In this document: in pieces, positions 25,024-38,730 of the stretch | Numbering within the stretch: the stretch's first letter is position 1 | Layout of the letters: each line of letters begins with the position of its first letter | Source: Octopus vulgaris | Taxonomy: Eukaryota | Assembly: GCA_951406725.2 (NCBI GenBank) | Contig: OX597830.1 | Span: 27,404,001 to 27,468,000 of the forward strand | Reading direction: 5' to 3' | DNA length: 64,000 nucleotides | Notes under the pieces: generated by a model | What the model was told of the DNA's origin: nothing | Database searches by the model: none | The model's input: the letters and a program-made list of their open reading frames with translations, nothing else | Position numbers and translations under genes: made by a program

Positions 25024-26003
25024 GGAGAAAGAAAGATTGAGTTGAAAGAAGAAAAGGAAGGCTAAAATTTTGAAGACTCCTTGAGACAGGGTAAATATTT
25101 AGTAATTTTTTTTTATCACTTATTTCATTATTTTTCTTTCTTTTTTTTCTTCTTCAGCCTCGACGGTCCTTATAAAGCAACACATCTGTCACCAGATAAA
25201 ATAACCATAACGAAGAGTCATTATTCGATTCTATTTCACTCCTTCTAATGTCAGACTGGGTGGTGGCAACAGTAATCGGTGATGATAGCGGTGATGGTCG
25301 TGATTGTAATGGTGATGGTAGTGGTGGTGGTGGTGGTGGCAGTGGTGGATGTGATCTCGGTGATAGAGGCTTGCAGTCGTTACCAGTACGGAGAGTGATT
25401 GAATGAGTCGGGGAGTAAAAACAACACTAGATTCGTCAATGTGATAACTACATTGCCTTTTGCTTCAATCAGTATTATTACGAACTGCAATTCATGGCTT
25501 CTGTTCTGTTTTTAGACAGTTCTAGCATTCAGGCAACAGTAATACTAGATGGTAATTCCACGTTTGGTACATATAACAAGGCTGTTAACGTCTTCCGCTG
25601 CTCCACCCAATACAAATGTTATGGCTGCTGTTACAATTCACTTGATTTTTGTTGGTAGCTATCTACAGCTAACAGTAGGTCGAGAATAGTCATTTCCAAA
25701 TATCCTATTGACCATAGCAGTCAATGGAAATTAGTACTTTATAAGTAATAAAAATGAAAGAAATATAAAACTATAAAAAATACAAAAACGAAACAAAACA
25801 ATAGGAGCAGAAAAGTATGAGTTTATAAAACATCACCGCTGCAGACAGAGAGAAAATAAAACATAAAAGTGTACAAAAGCCGTTCGTATAAACACAGATA
25901 TGTCGGACGCAGAAAATTGGACACCTGAGAAATTAGGAGAGAACGTTAAGTGCAGACATACACAGACACACATACGCGTACATGTACATATGAGTGCGTT
26001 TGC

Positions 26004-26038
<35 letters not shown>

Positions 26039-26068
26039 GATAATAGTAAGGATCACTACGAAGTATAT

Positions 26069-26101
<33 letters not shown>

Positions 26102-26173
26102 TACATACATACATATATGCATACATATATATGTATATATATATATATATGCATATATGTATATATATGTATG

Positions 26174-26221
<48 letters not shown>

Positions 26222-26346
26222 AAGGATATGAACACATAAATATGAATGTATGTATATCTGTGTATGTGTGTGTTTGTGTGTGTATGTGTGTGTACGTATG
26301 TAAATGCTATATGTGTGATATATTTACGCATACATATGTTTCCATA

Positions 26347-26382
<36 letters not shown>

Positions 26383-27306
26383 ATAAAGTATAAATACATA
26401 CGCATGCACACAAATATATGTGATTGTGTGCGCATGAGTACACGCCTGCGTTTACAAACGTCTGGAAAGTGCATTCAGTATCTGGAAAAACAGTTTATAA
26501 AAATTAGCTAGTGATTCACTCTCGTGGTATTCAATTTCACACACGTGCTCGCACTCAAAGTATAGACATGTGATCCTTCGGACGATATGGTCAATATATA
26601 TTTAGATATATATATATATATTTTAAATAATGGGACGTACTAGCAGGACTTATATGCTTCATTCTCAATGATTAAGACTGGTCATATGATCGTTATCCTC
26701 GTGATTGCAGATCCATTGTTCCTGAGTCTCAGTGGTGTACAAGAAGCAATTTTGTTCAAGGTTTTCGCTGTCAGGCCCAATTACACTGGGAACCTGGTAA
26801 GAACTAGGAAAACCCGATTTTTATTAAGTGTTACATCCTGACATCAGCAGGTTTTGTGAATTTTTCTATAATATATCTACACTGGTTCTGGTCAATAGCT
26901 AACGTCTATGATCTCCAGTTAAAGGGTGATGCAGGCTGCTTCAGAATTTGAAAGATGTCATTTACATAAATTTAGAGTTACCGATCTCTTTAAATTATTG
27001 CCAAAGAGAACTGAATTTGACACATCCTTTTACACCTTTACTTCCACACTTGAATGACTCATAAACAATCACAAAATTCCGAAATCAAATCAGAATAAAT
27101 CTCCTCACCATAACTTCCTAGCAATCCTTAACTTACAAAAACATACTTTTCTCCTATCCTTTCAATCCCCTATTCCAACACAAGTATTTCACCGGTTTAC
27201 CTACATCAAGCCTAATCATCATCCACATAACTCTATCTACCCCAGAAAAAACCCCATCCCAAACACTATATAAACCTCCAACTAAAAAAACGGAACCTAG
27301 GTAAAG

Positions 27307-27349
27307 CATAGTCTGACGAAAGCGAACAAGCTGAAATTTTTAAGTTATG
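27307..27349 (+). ncRNA. Decayed minimal hammerhead ribozyme motif
   Basis: catagt-CTGACGA-a-AGC gaacaa GCT-GAAA-tttt-TA-agttatg. Catalytic core and stem II are perfect; stems I and III are imperfect. Confidence 0.5.
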
Positions 27350-27570
27350 GTCAACATTTTTCTATTTTTTTCTAAAAGTTAATAAACATGTACTCTACTA
27401 AAATGTATCGGTTAATCATTCAGTTTAATGCTAAATTGTTTTTGTATATACTTTCACATAAAACAAATATTAATTTATATTCAAACGAAGGAAAGAGGTG
27501 CTCAGTACGTATTATAGAGACCCTACTGTGGACAAGGCTACGTGGCGTTAGATTATAAATAAATAAAAAA

Positions 27571-28108
27571 TACACATTAAGTACAGGACATCACTAACGA
27601 GTGAAAAATATGTAAACACTCAGGAGATAATTACAGGACAAAAAAAAACCCAAAAGGAGATAACTCGCTCGTCAGTTCTCGACTGTTTTACTACTTCGCT
27701 CCTGTCTTTTCTGGACAAGACGTCCATCGTATTGGACGTCATTTCTCTCACTTCCCGACATTTTTTTTTCTTTTTCTACTACTTTCTTCTTTTCTATTTA
27801 TTTTAATTACTTTCTTCCAGGTGTTGCTTTTTACAATTCGTCTTGGCCTAACGTCTATTGTTTACTTTGTATGTTCACTCTGTTGTAGTCTGTTCGTTCG
27901 AAGCCCTAACTCTCCACAATTTTCATATTTCTAAAATTTCTGGATGCTGCTGTTTCATGAAGTTTTCCTATTTTCTCGTTACAAACACGAAATAGGAAGT
28001 AGTAAAACAGTCGACACCTGACGAGCGAGTTATCTCCTTTTGGTCCAGTACCTCATCTCTCGTGTGTTTACGTATTTTTCACTCGTTGGTGATGCCCTGT
28101 ACTTAGTG

Positions 28109-28110
<2 letters not shown>
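27571..28110. mobile_element. Fold-back/MITE-like element with ~115-125 bp imperfect inverted repeats, abutting (TA)n
   Basis: 27571-27697 is the reverse complement of 27996-28110 (taagtacagg(a/g)catcac(t/c)aacgagtgaaaaata...ccaaaaggagataactcgctcgtcag...tcgactgttttactacttc). Confidence 0.85.
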
Positions 28111-28193
<83 letters not shown>

Positions 28194-28218
28194 ATATATG
28201 TATATATATGTATATATA

Positions 28219-28258
<40 letters not shown>

Positions 28259-29038
28259 GGTATGTATGTATGTGAATATACATGTATGAATATATTATAC
28301 AGGTGTGTGTATGTGTGCGTGTGTGCGTGCGTATGTGCGCGCGTGTGTGTTCGAATATATACGTGATAAATTTATTATATTTTGCACATGCACACTGTTA
28401 TATATCTAAAAGTGCAGGCAAATGCAGAAATGATATGCATAAAAAGAATCATCTACAGATTTTGAAACGCATCTTTGGAACAAAAAACAAAAAAAAAAAC
28501 GGAATTTTCGAAAAACATATAAAACACCTACTTATGACCACTATAATGTAACATTGTTTAAGGGATTTTTGGGTCCCTTTTTCTTTTGTCTTGCTGCCTT
28601 AAGGATCAAATCAACATTCATTTGAAAATTTTACCCTTTTCATCACGTTTCTTGCAACCTTTTATCTATGAGAGTTTCCAATTTTTAAATTCCTCTTTCA
28701 TTCAAAACCATCTACATGTAAATACAGATATGAACATTAAATGATGCATACAGGGCATGCACGCGCGCACACACGTGCGGAACATGCGCATACATGCATA
28801 CACACACATACAGAGAGATACACGCAGGAATATATATATATATATGCATAGACACAAACGTTTATATGAGTAGCTACATATAAATACTCATACACACACA
28901 CACATACACACATACACACATGTACACATATGTATATATATATATTGTTTCAATATTCGTAATTAAAGGCACGAATGTGTGTTCATATGCATAGGAACAA
29001 ACATATGCATATGCATACATACATATAAACACACACTC

Positions 29039-29085
<47 letters not shown>

Positions 29086-30020
29086 CATATAGAATTATAT
29101 ATATGCATATATATATATATAATTCCACTATACGTAGTTATGAGAAAATTCTATCGTATATGAGAAAGCGCGTCCGCGCGTGCACACACACACACACATA
29201 TAAAAAGAAGCACTATCTTACGTATGTTTCATGAACATTAAATGAATATTGGTTTCAATTTATGCACAAGACCAGCTATTTCGGGGGAGGCTGTTAGTTG
29301 ATTGAATTGACCCAAATACTCAACTGGTACTTATTTTAACCCCGTAAGAACGAAAGGCAAAGTTGACCTCGGTGGAATTTGAACTCAGAATGTAAAGACG
29401 GACGAAATGGTGGTTATTAGTTGCATTACGTAAATTACGTAATCAAGAATTATTGTCAAATCATCAGAGATGTGTAACATTTATATCCAGTATTAATTGG
29501 ATGCTAGATATGTTGATAGAAGAAACATCATAGAAAAAGCGAGAAACTTTGTTCAGTTAACTCAGGAGAGTAGATGCTGCTACTGGATTGGGAAATCCAC
29601 ATGAAAAGGCGGGAGTTAGATAGGAGATAGAATGTGGTAGATGCTCATCCTTACATACATACGTACATGCATACATACATACATGCATACATGCATATAT
29701 ACATACATACATACATACATACATACATACATACATACATACATACACATAAACAGGATTATAAGTATACAATAGTCTCCTCCGTATATCTGCATCCTGT
29801 ATACGCAACTTAGGCAATAAAAACAAACACTCGAATAAGTATTTCATCCGCAGATGTTATTCACTCCTGAACCGTACCCTCTTTAGGTATTAAAGTAGAC
29901 GCTAACCCAGGCCGACTAAATCAACTAAATCTTTATTCCAATCGACCTGGATTATATTATGGACAATGTTCTGAAATTGCATAGACACTTTCACGTGTCA
30001 TACTTAATATATATGCAGGA

Positions 30021-30860
30021 CTAGCTTAAGGTGACCCGCTCTACGTGCGGGTAAGATTGTGGTTGTTATTTTCTGTTGCTTCCTTTCTGCTTTTTATCAC
30101 CACATTCTCCCTTTGTTTCTCTCCCCCTTCTCTCTCTCTTTCCCACTCTCTTACTCTTCATTTCTCTCGGATTCTCCCTCGCTTTCTCTTACTCTCTATC
30201 GTTCTCTTTCTATCTCTCTACCATTTATAAACAACAAAAGATCTTGAGTAAGTTGAGAAAGTAAATATTTTGAAAGATCAATCATAAATATCAGGTAGTG
30301 ACCACGGAAAGGTCTGCTTCAAGGCAGACAGCAAAACACTAACAATTAAAAGGGACAGACGAACTTGCGAGCTGAATAAAAATAAAAAAGAATATTGGAA
30401 ACCAAAGTTTGAAGGGATAGAATCTGAGGATAGTAGAGTCACCATGGCTGTCATTTCTTAACGACGGACAGCAGCGTAGTGGCAGTTTAACGGCTGGCGT
30501 AAAATTTTGAACTTGATGTAAAAGAAAATTCCTAAACACCAAGTTTTGAAGTGATTCTTTTTCACGACAATAGACTCACTGTGGCGAGCATTCAAAACTT
30601 CTTCATCATGGATGGCAACACATTGAAGATTTAAAGGCTGGCGCAATTTTTTTAGCTTGATGTAACAGAGAATTCCTAAACACCCGCTCCTGTAAATTTT
30701 AATCCCCTTCCAGCCCCATTTAGACCCCTTTTCATATTTTGGTTAATATAACCCGATTTCATTCAGGTCTACAAGGGCCACATTTTATAAGATGAGGAAT
30801 TTTGTCCTAGAGATCACGCCTTTCATTTAAGGAAAAAAATAGTTGCCATACAAACTCGCC
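30021..30860 (-). mobile_element. Probable non-autonomous Helitron (3' end clear, 5' limit uncertain)
   Basis: A|CTAG at 30021-30024 followed by hairpin acccgc-tctacgt-gcgggt (30034-30052). Internal direct repeats tttaa(c/a)ggctggcg...cttgatgtaa...aattcctaaacacc at ~30486 and ~30630. Confidence 0.55.
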
Positions 30861-30916
30861 AGCACTTTTAACATAGGTGTGCATATTTTCAGCTCAACCG
30901 ACCACATAATGAACAC

Positions 30917-31003
<87 letters not shown>

Positions 31004-31844
31004 GCATTATATATCTATATATATGTGTGTGTGTGTACGCATTATATATACAAATGTATACAAATTATATATATTTATATATATACATATACACTTTGTA
31101 TATATACATTATATATACATATATAAATTAACGCAATAAATATCTGATTCATAATATTTTTTGTCATGATTGTGTGGTGGTGGTGGCGATAATAAAACTC
31201 ACTACGAATGCAGACAGACATGCAGAGAGAGAGAGAGAGAGGGGGCGGTGAGGGAAAGAGGAACAGTGCTGGCGAAGGCGGCGGGGGGAAAGATAGTAGT
31301 ATCTGTCAAACGTCGTTATAGAGAGAAAGTGATGGCAAGGGAGGAAACAGAGAGAGATGGAGGAAGACATGCAGATAAGAGAATGAGAGAAGACTTGTCA
31401 AAGTGTGCGTTTTCTGCCCTAGTAACGACACCTTTTAAGATAGGGATTTCTAACCTAGCCCACTCGCATCCTCATCCCATTTTACATGTCCCTATAAATT
31501 TTGGAGTCAATCCGATGGGACCTAGTGCCCTTTAACCCGTTCCAATGCCAAAACCAGACAAACAAACTTTTCGCATAAAGATTTATAGATATTGATGATG
31601 ATAAGCCAGTTAATGCAGAGTTAGCCTCAGATAGCTTCTCTTATGGACGTTTTCTGTTAAAAACAATAATTATCGGAAGGAGCCGAAAAGTCTCCTTAGT
31701 AGTTGACTACCGACATAGGTCATTGAAAACACCGAAATGTATTGGGCGTTCTCGCTGCCTGCTGCTGGTCGATGTACTCAATACACAGAACCAAACTCCC
31801 AGCCCACATACTCATATATAAATACACAGACTCATATATTTATT

Positions 31845-32176
31845 CAAGGAAAAACTTGCTGGATAAATTCAGGTGTCCTGATGATTTCAGAGCGTTTACA
31901 ATGCTTTTTATGCTTTGATACTGGTGATGCGTTTCCATCTTCAGTCGGTAGCTCCTTAGAAACTTTGGCAAAGATCTGGCAAAATTTAAAAATCGAGACA
32001 TTTCTAAATCGCTATGTTCAGCCTTTATAACCACAATAACAGCATGCCACCTCATTTCATGAGTAAGCTAAGGGTCTGCCATTATTATTTGCTGAAACAA
32101 AGATTATACCGAGTGAGCAAAAAATGCGGCAATGATCCCAAAAAATGTATGTTCTGAAATACCTTACACACCCTAT
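31845..32176 (-). mobile_element. 5' fragment of a Tc1/mariner (maT-like) transposon with N-terminal HTH coding relic
   Basis: Minus strand starts TA-tagggtgtgtaagg (TIR-like) and encodes HAVIVVIKAEHSDLEMSRFLNFARS..., then in a shifted frame KHCKRSEIIRTPEFIQQV. Confidence 0.7.
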
Positions 32177-32284
32177 ATATACATATATGTATGTATGTAT
32201 GAAAACGTAAGTATATATATGTATATGCTTATATGTGCGCACACACACACATACACATACCTACGTATTTGTATAAATATATAA

Positions 32285-33365
32285 AGCATGCGATTGGTAC
32301 ATTGTCGCCATTTTATATTTTTAAAGCGCATTGTTTGTTTTTGATTTTGTCGATTAGACAGTAAAATAGGGCCCGTTGGGAACTTTCTGCGAGAAAAACA
32401 ACACCATGACGCAATTCACTCTGTCTAGAAATTCGGAAACGACATGGTATACTGCCTATCATTCGCGCTGGAAGCTCCAATACGAATATTTTAGAGTGTT
32501 TGGGTGTCAAGGTAGTGCATGAAAACATTCAGTATTCCTCATACAAGAGGAGAAAGGGCCAATTTTTATCCCAAGCCATCAAAGACAAGAGGAAAAACCG
32601 CTCTACGAACCTTTTCAACAAACTCAAGCACTCCTTCCAACCCAACGTTTTGGCTTTCCTCAGTCGAGAAGAATCTCTGCCAGGATCAGATGGTGAAGAC
32701 ACAGAACAACTGTTGGCTTGCTGTGTCCCCCAAAACATGTATCTAAAAGGATAAAAATCAAACATCCAGTCAACATCATGGTGTTTGGAGTGATCACTGG
32801 TGATGGTGACATTATGCCTCCATTCATCTTCCCACACGGCCTCTGATTGAACACAGAGACCTACATAAGGGCCTGGAGGAGGTAGTGTTGCCCTGGGTCA
32901 AAAGAGTGGCTGCTGGAAAACTCTATGGCTAGCAACAGAGAACTCTGCGCCATGCCGCACAAGCAGGAGAGCCCAGTCATGGCTGTCAGACAATTTCTGC
33001 CACTACATCACCCCTAATATCAAGCCACCTAACTCTCCAGACTACAACCCCCTTGATTATTATGTGTGGGGCGCAGTTGAGCAAGAGACCAACAAACTCT
33101 TTGTCACATCAAAGATGAACTGAAGGTAAGGATTATGAAAACATTCACCAGCTTAAACAAGGAGACCATCAGAAGAATTGTAAAAGTTTCTTAAGTCGTC
33201 TGGAGGCCATAGTTGAAGCCAATGGCGATTTTATTAAATAAATTTACTCTTTAGTATTTCAAGTTATTTTTATGTAATTTTGGTAAATATATCTGTTAAA
33301 ATGAGATGTCAGTGATATTTTCCTTTTTGCGTAATTTAGATGACAATTTATTACCACAGCCTGTA
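32285..33365 (+). mobile_element. Decayed DD37D (maT-type) Tc1/mariner transposon
   Basis: Fragments WLSSVEKNLCQDQ..QNNCWLA and KHPVNIMVFGVITGDGDIMPPFIFPHGL, then (D>N)SAPCRTSRRAQSWLSDNF...PPNSPDYNPLDYYVWGAVE with 37 residues between the second and third catalytic positions. Ends ...cagcctgTA. Confidence 0.9.
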
Positions 33366-33485
33366 CGCACACACAAACACACACACACACACGCGCACAC
33401 ACACACACACACACATATACATACGCTCATGATCATGTGTCTATTATTATAAATTTGTGTGCATGTGTGCGTTTATGTATGTATG

Positions 33486-33519
<34 letters not shown>

Positions 33520-34620
33520 TATAGAGAGAGAGAGAGAGAGGGAGAGAGAGATAAAGAGATGTATATATACATATACATGCACAACTACCTATCTATTGCA
33601 TTTCATACCCTGCAACACTAATCCACTTTTCTTTTTGCTGGGAAGGGTTTTTCTTGCCCTCAATATCTTCGCTTGTATTTTGGTCGATGTGAGACAATTA
33701 CAATGGAAACGGAAATGGAATATTCCTTTCTCGCTTTGGCTGAAACAAAATAATCATGTTCCAAAGAAAAAAGTGTAAGGAAAAAGAAAATCAATCTTCA
33801 AACAGCTTGTTATAAAGGGTGTGATTTTTCTTGGTATTTCTTTTTTTTTGTTAAACCTTCGGGCTGAGTTGGGGTTTGGGTTTGGGTGTTTGGGATTTTG
33901 ATTCTCAATTTGGAGATTGTGTTGGGGGTTTTTAGTTGGTGTGCAAGTACTGAGCAAATGACACAGAATTGAATTATAATCATACCTCTTGAGAATCTAC
34001 TTAACAATCACCAATTTCTACTTTGACACAAATGATCTCATCATATTGCGAGAACTCAACATAGAAGGAAAAGAAGAATAGGCAGGCAGACAGGCAGGCA
34101 AGGCAAGCAGGCAAGCAGGCGAGCGGGAGGGGAAAGGAGGTAGAGTCAATCTTTGCTCTATGCTGTTTGTTATTTTAACTGCCAGAAAAGGATTTCTTCA
34201 AGCTGTCCATATCTTCTGCTGTCTTTGCCAGCAGTGATAATTAGAACTCTGTTACTGGAATAGATCAAAGATCATTAAAAGTCTTCGCAAAAGATCACTC
34301 ACAGCTCTTTTGTCTTCTACTTCTATTTCATCCTCCTCCTCCTTCTTCTACTCCCCCTCCTCCTTCTTGCCTCAACTTCGTAATCTTCATCCTCGTCATC
34401 CTTCACATTTTTCATCTGCATGATCATCAAGATCGTCATCAGCATAATGATGGTGATGATGATGATGATGACGACGACGATGATGATGATGATAATAATA
34501 GTAATAATAATAATAACAATAATAATAATAATAATAATAATAATGATAATAATAATAACAATAATAATAATAACAATAATAATAATAATAATAATGATGA
34601 TGATGATGATGATGATGATG

Positions 34621-34728
<108 letters not shown>

Positions 34729-35238
34729 TCAGAAACAGCAAAAATAATAACGAGGGTGTTCATCATAATCACTATTGTCATAAGCTTCATTATCGTCGTC
34801 GTCGTCGTCGTCGACGTCATCATCATCATCATCATCTTCATCATCATCATTCTCGTTGTCATCGTCGTCGTCGTCGTCGTCGTCATCACGATGACGATCA
34901 TGATCATGAGCATCGTCATCATCTTCGTTATCGTAAACATGCAATCTGTAGCAAATAGACATACGCGAACGCATGCATACACAACTGCGTACGCGCACAC
35001 TCACACACATACGTCACATACACGTTAGATGCACGCAGAAACGGGCATGCAATCATTGTAAAACATCACAACTCTCACACCTTTCAAAACCAAACCACCT
35101 TCCCTCTTCCTTCATCTTCTAGCTTTTCTACTTTATGCAAAAGAAAAAATTGCACATCCTTAGAGGGGCGCACGTATGCACACACTCACATACACGCACT
35201 CGTAAGTATACATGTATGAGTACATATGTACATGCATA

Positions 35239-35317
<79 letters not shown>

Positions 35318-35364
35318 CCTGTGTGTGAGAATGTATTTATCTATCTATATATCTATATGTATGT

Positions 35365-35409
<45 letters not shown>

Positions 35410-36077
35410 CATACATGTGCGTGTGTGCGTGCGTGTATGTGTATTTATGTATATATATATATATATATATGTGTGTGTGAATATTATATATATAGATATA
35501 TGTATATATATATATATATATATGTGTGTGTATATATATATATATAGTGATGCATACACACAAAGATATAAACGCACACACACACTAACATATACATATA
35601 TATATATATATACACACATACATGTGTAGATGTGTATATTCCCTTATTCACACATTCTCACCATCAACGACTGCAATGATTAAACGACATTGAACGAAAT
35701 AAAGGAGAAAACACACAAATACTCATACACACACACACAACACACACAAACACATACACTAATATACGCACTCACATTCACACACACACTCGCACAGAGA
35801 ACAAACGGGGATGGCATATTTACCACACACAGAAGATCAGTATTAATTAGTTTGTTCTTGGCGAGAAAGTTCAGAGAAATAATTGATGCCTTCCAAATGA
35901 TCACAGAGTAGCGTTTGGTCTTGAAGATAAACTCCCAATAACAATATCTCTAGCATCTTTCGTTCGGTTCACTCCTCTAGAAAACGTTATCCGGCCTTCA
36001 TTTGATTGGTTACAAAAGGATGCGGCGTGCGGGGAGAGGCGGCGATGACGATGGCTAGGATGATTGTCTTGATGATA

Positions 36078-36113
<36 letters not shown>

Positions 36114-36423
36114 TTGCTTGTGATGTTGATAATGATGGTGATGATGACGATGATGATGGTAATGATGGGAACGGTAAAGGTGATGGTTGTGTAGAGGCTT
36201 TTTGTAAACGATTAGGTTGGCGCTACTTTTAAAGCTATGTAACTTCTCAGTTGGTCGTTTCAATACTGTCTATTAGAAAGACACTATAAAACGGCTCCTC
36301 TTCATCTCTCTCTTTCTTCCTCCTTACCACACGTATATGTATGCATATTATTGCATACTCGCGTGTGTGTGTATATATATGTATATATTTATGTGTGTGT
36401 ACGTACATATATATGTATATATG

Positions 36424-36491
<68 letters not shown>

Positions 36492-36575
36492 TATCATTTA
36501 TCAATAAGCATACATATACATACACACACCTATATATGTATATGTATATATATGTGTATACATATATATGTATAC

Positions 36576-36613
<38 letters not shown>

Positions 36614-37306
36614 ATATACATATATATATATACATATGCACAGACATATATGTGCATGTGTATGTATATGGATGTGTGTATGTGTGGGTTTCCTCACGCG
36701 TTCAGCCTTACATAAGACCAAGTATGGAAGCTTAGTCATAGACAGCCGCAAGCACGTGCAGATAAGAGCACACATACAACACTATGTGCGTCACACACAC
36801 CACACACACGCACGCATACACACAAGCACGCATACACACAAGCACGCATACACACAAGCACACAAAACCACAAGCATAAACATTTTCATACACACACTCA
36901 CACAACTAGACTCTCGTATAAAAGGGTTGGCATGTGCGGTCGCTATGTATTTGTATTCATATACATGTATATATATGCGTGTATACGCACACACATACAC
37001 ATACGCATATTATAGCACATTTGTGTAAAACATCCATACACAAATACATGCATATGTGTGTGTGTGTGCATGTGTGTGTATGTTTGTGTATACACAGCGG
37101 CACTCACACATAGCTCACGCATGTGTGTTCGTGTAAGTTTGTGTGTGCGCGAGTGTATACACGCGATTGTATATAAACACGGCTTATATAAACACGGAAA
37201 CTCACAAACAGCATCACACTCTATATATGTATATAAACTTCAGCAATGTAAATACACACGCGTTGTTGGCGATTTCTTTTCTTTATTTGGACATTTTCCT
37301 TTCTGC

Positions 37307-37339
37307 TTTCCGATGAAGAGCTATGCTCGAAACGTCAAA
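37307..37339 (+). ncRNA. Minimal type I hammerhead ribozyme motif (Penelope-type), U4C variant
   Basis: ttt-CCGATGA-a-GAGC tat GCTC-GAAA-CG-TC-aaa. Palindromic stem III (ACGT) and a GUC cleavage triplet. Confidence 0.65.
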
Positions 37340-37533
37340 TATTCTCTCTCTTTTTTACTGAGAGTCAAACTAATAAATTCCCTGTGCACATCCTCTTATT
37401 GTCTGTTATTGTTAATTTTATTGTTTGTTTATTTATACTGACCACACACACAAACAAAAACTCAAATACACGCATTCACACACGCATATTCACACGCATA
37501 TATAGATGTAGGTACGTGTATGTGTGTGCACAC

Positions 37534-37565
<32 letters not shown>

Positions 37566-37932
37566 ATGTGTGTATGCGTGTGTGTGTGTGCGTGTGTGTG
37601 TGTGTGTATGTATATATATATGTGTGTATATATATGTATGTATGTACATATGTATGTATGTGCATATATATGTATGTGCATATACATACAAAAGTGATAA
37701 ATATTCCTCGCCGAGCCACAGGATCATAAAAACGGTTTCTCAGATTCTGTGGCGTAGATATTGCTCGCCCCACCCCCACACCTAGGACACGACGCTGGTC
37801 CATTGTACGATTACTCATTTTGCTAGCTGAATAGTGTGGGGCTACGTAAAATCAGGAATATAGCGCTTCGCCCTGTTCACACACGATCATGACTGCAACA
37901 CCTTAACCACTGTAGAATATAGTTTAAAAATT

Positions 37933-38450
37933 TTAATACGGCACTTATGCTAGCGTGCTCCCCATTACATACAGTAAGTTTTATTCTGCTAGACTACCCA
38001 TACCTCCACGAACTACATTAATTCCGGCACTTAGGGTAAGCTGCATCCCACATCCATGGGCTACGTTTAACCTGGCACTTAGGTTAGGCTGTCCCTCACT
38101 ATACGGACCACATTTAATCCGGCACTTAGTTAATTAATTAGGTAGTGATTAATTAGTTAATTAGTTAGTTAAGTAGTCAATTAGCTAGTTATTTATTTAA
38201 TCACTTAAATTAGTTAATCAATTACTTAGTTAGTTAATTACTTAGCTATATAATTAGCTAATTAGTTAAATAGTTAATCAATTAGTTAATTAGTTAGATA
38301 ATCAGGTAATTAATTAGTTACTTAGGTAATTAATTACTTAGTTTATTAGTTAGTTACTTAATGAATGAGTCAATTCGTAACTTAATTTGTTCGTTAGTCA
38401 GTTTGCTAGTTAATTAATTAGTCAGTTAATATTTATTAATTAGTTAATCG
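37933..38450. repeat. Degenerate ~48-bp minisatellite followed by a (TTAA/TTAG)n tract
   Basis: ttaa-(t/c)-(c/t)ggcactta recurs at 37933, 38018, 38067 and 38114, then ttaattagttag-type simple repeats run to ~38450. Confidence 0.75.
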
Positions 38451-38583
38451 CATAGACCGATTTAATTTTGTATTTCGTTATTTTGGAACGCTGCTGTGAC
38501 TTCAGCTTCGTAAACATCTGGGTTTATGAAAGATGACTGATCTAGTGGGTAAGACTGAGTCTCGGCAGTAACAACTATGAGTG

Positions 38584-38730
38584 TTATTGATGTGGCTTGC
38601 GAGTGATAATGTCCTTCATACTGGGACAGAAGCTGAATGAAATTTTTACCGAATGTCTATTTAAAAATGTATTGTATTTATGGTTTACTGGGAAATTCTT
38701 CTTTAATAATGGCATGCTAATAATTTCTGG
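38584..38730 (-). mobile_element. Penelope-like element coding relic (linker between RT and GIY-YIG)
   Basis: LLKKNFPVNHKYNTFLNRHSVKISFSFCPSMKDII resembles the K-FP-H-L--IFNR--VK-SYSC-PN--II motif of invertebrate Penelope-like ORFs. The relic may extend to ~39160. Confidence 0.6.

Noticed and set aside
25248-25406. 52-aa Gly/Asp-rich ORF after a plus-strand mini-intron
   Set aside because: Short, derived from GGT/GAT repeats and with no recognisable homology. Kept only as part of the island finding.
37933-38130. CRISPR-like repeat-spacer pattern (ttaa..ggcactta, four copies)
   Set aside because: The 'spacers' resemble each other, the repeats are short and degenerate, there are no cas genes and the context is eukaryotic. 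It is a decayed ~48-bp minisatellite.
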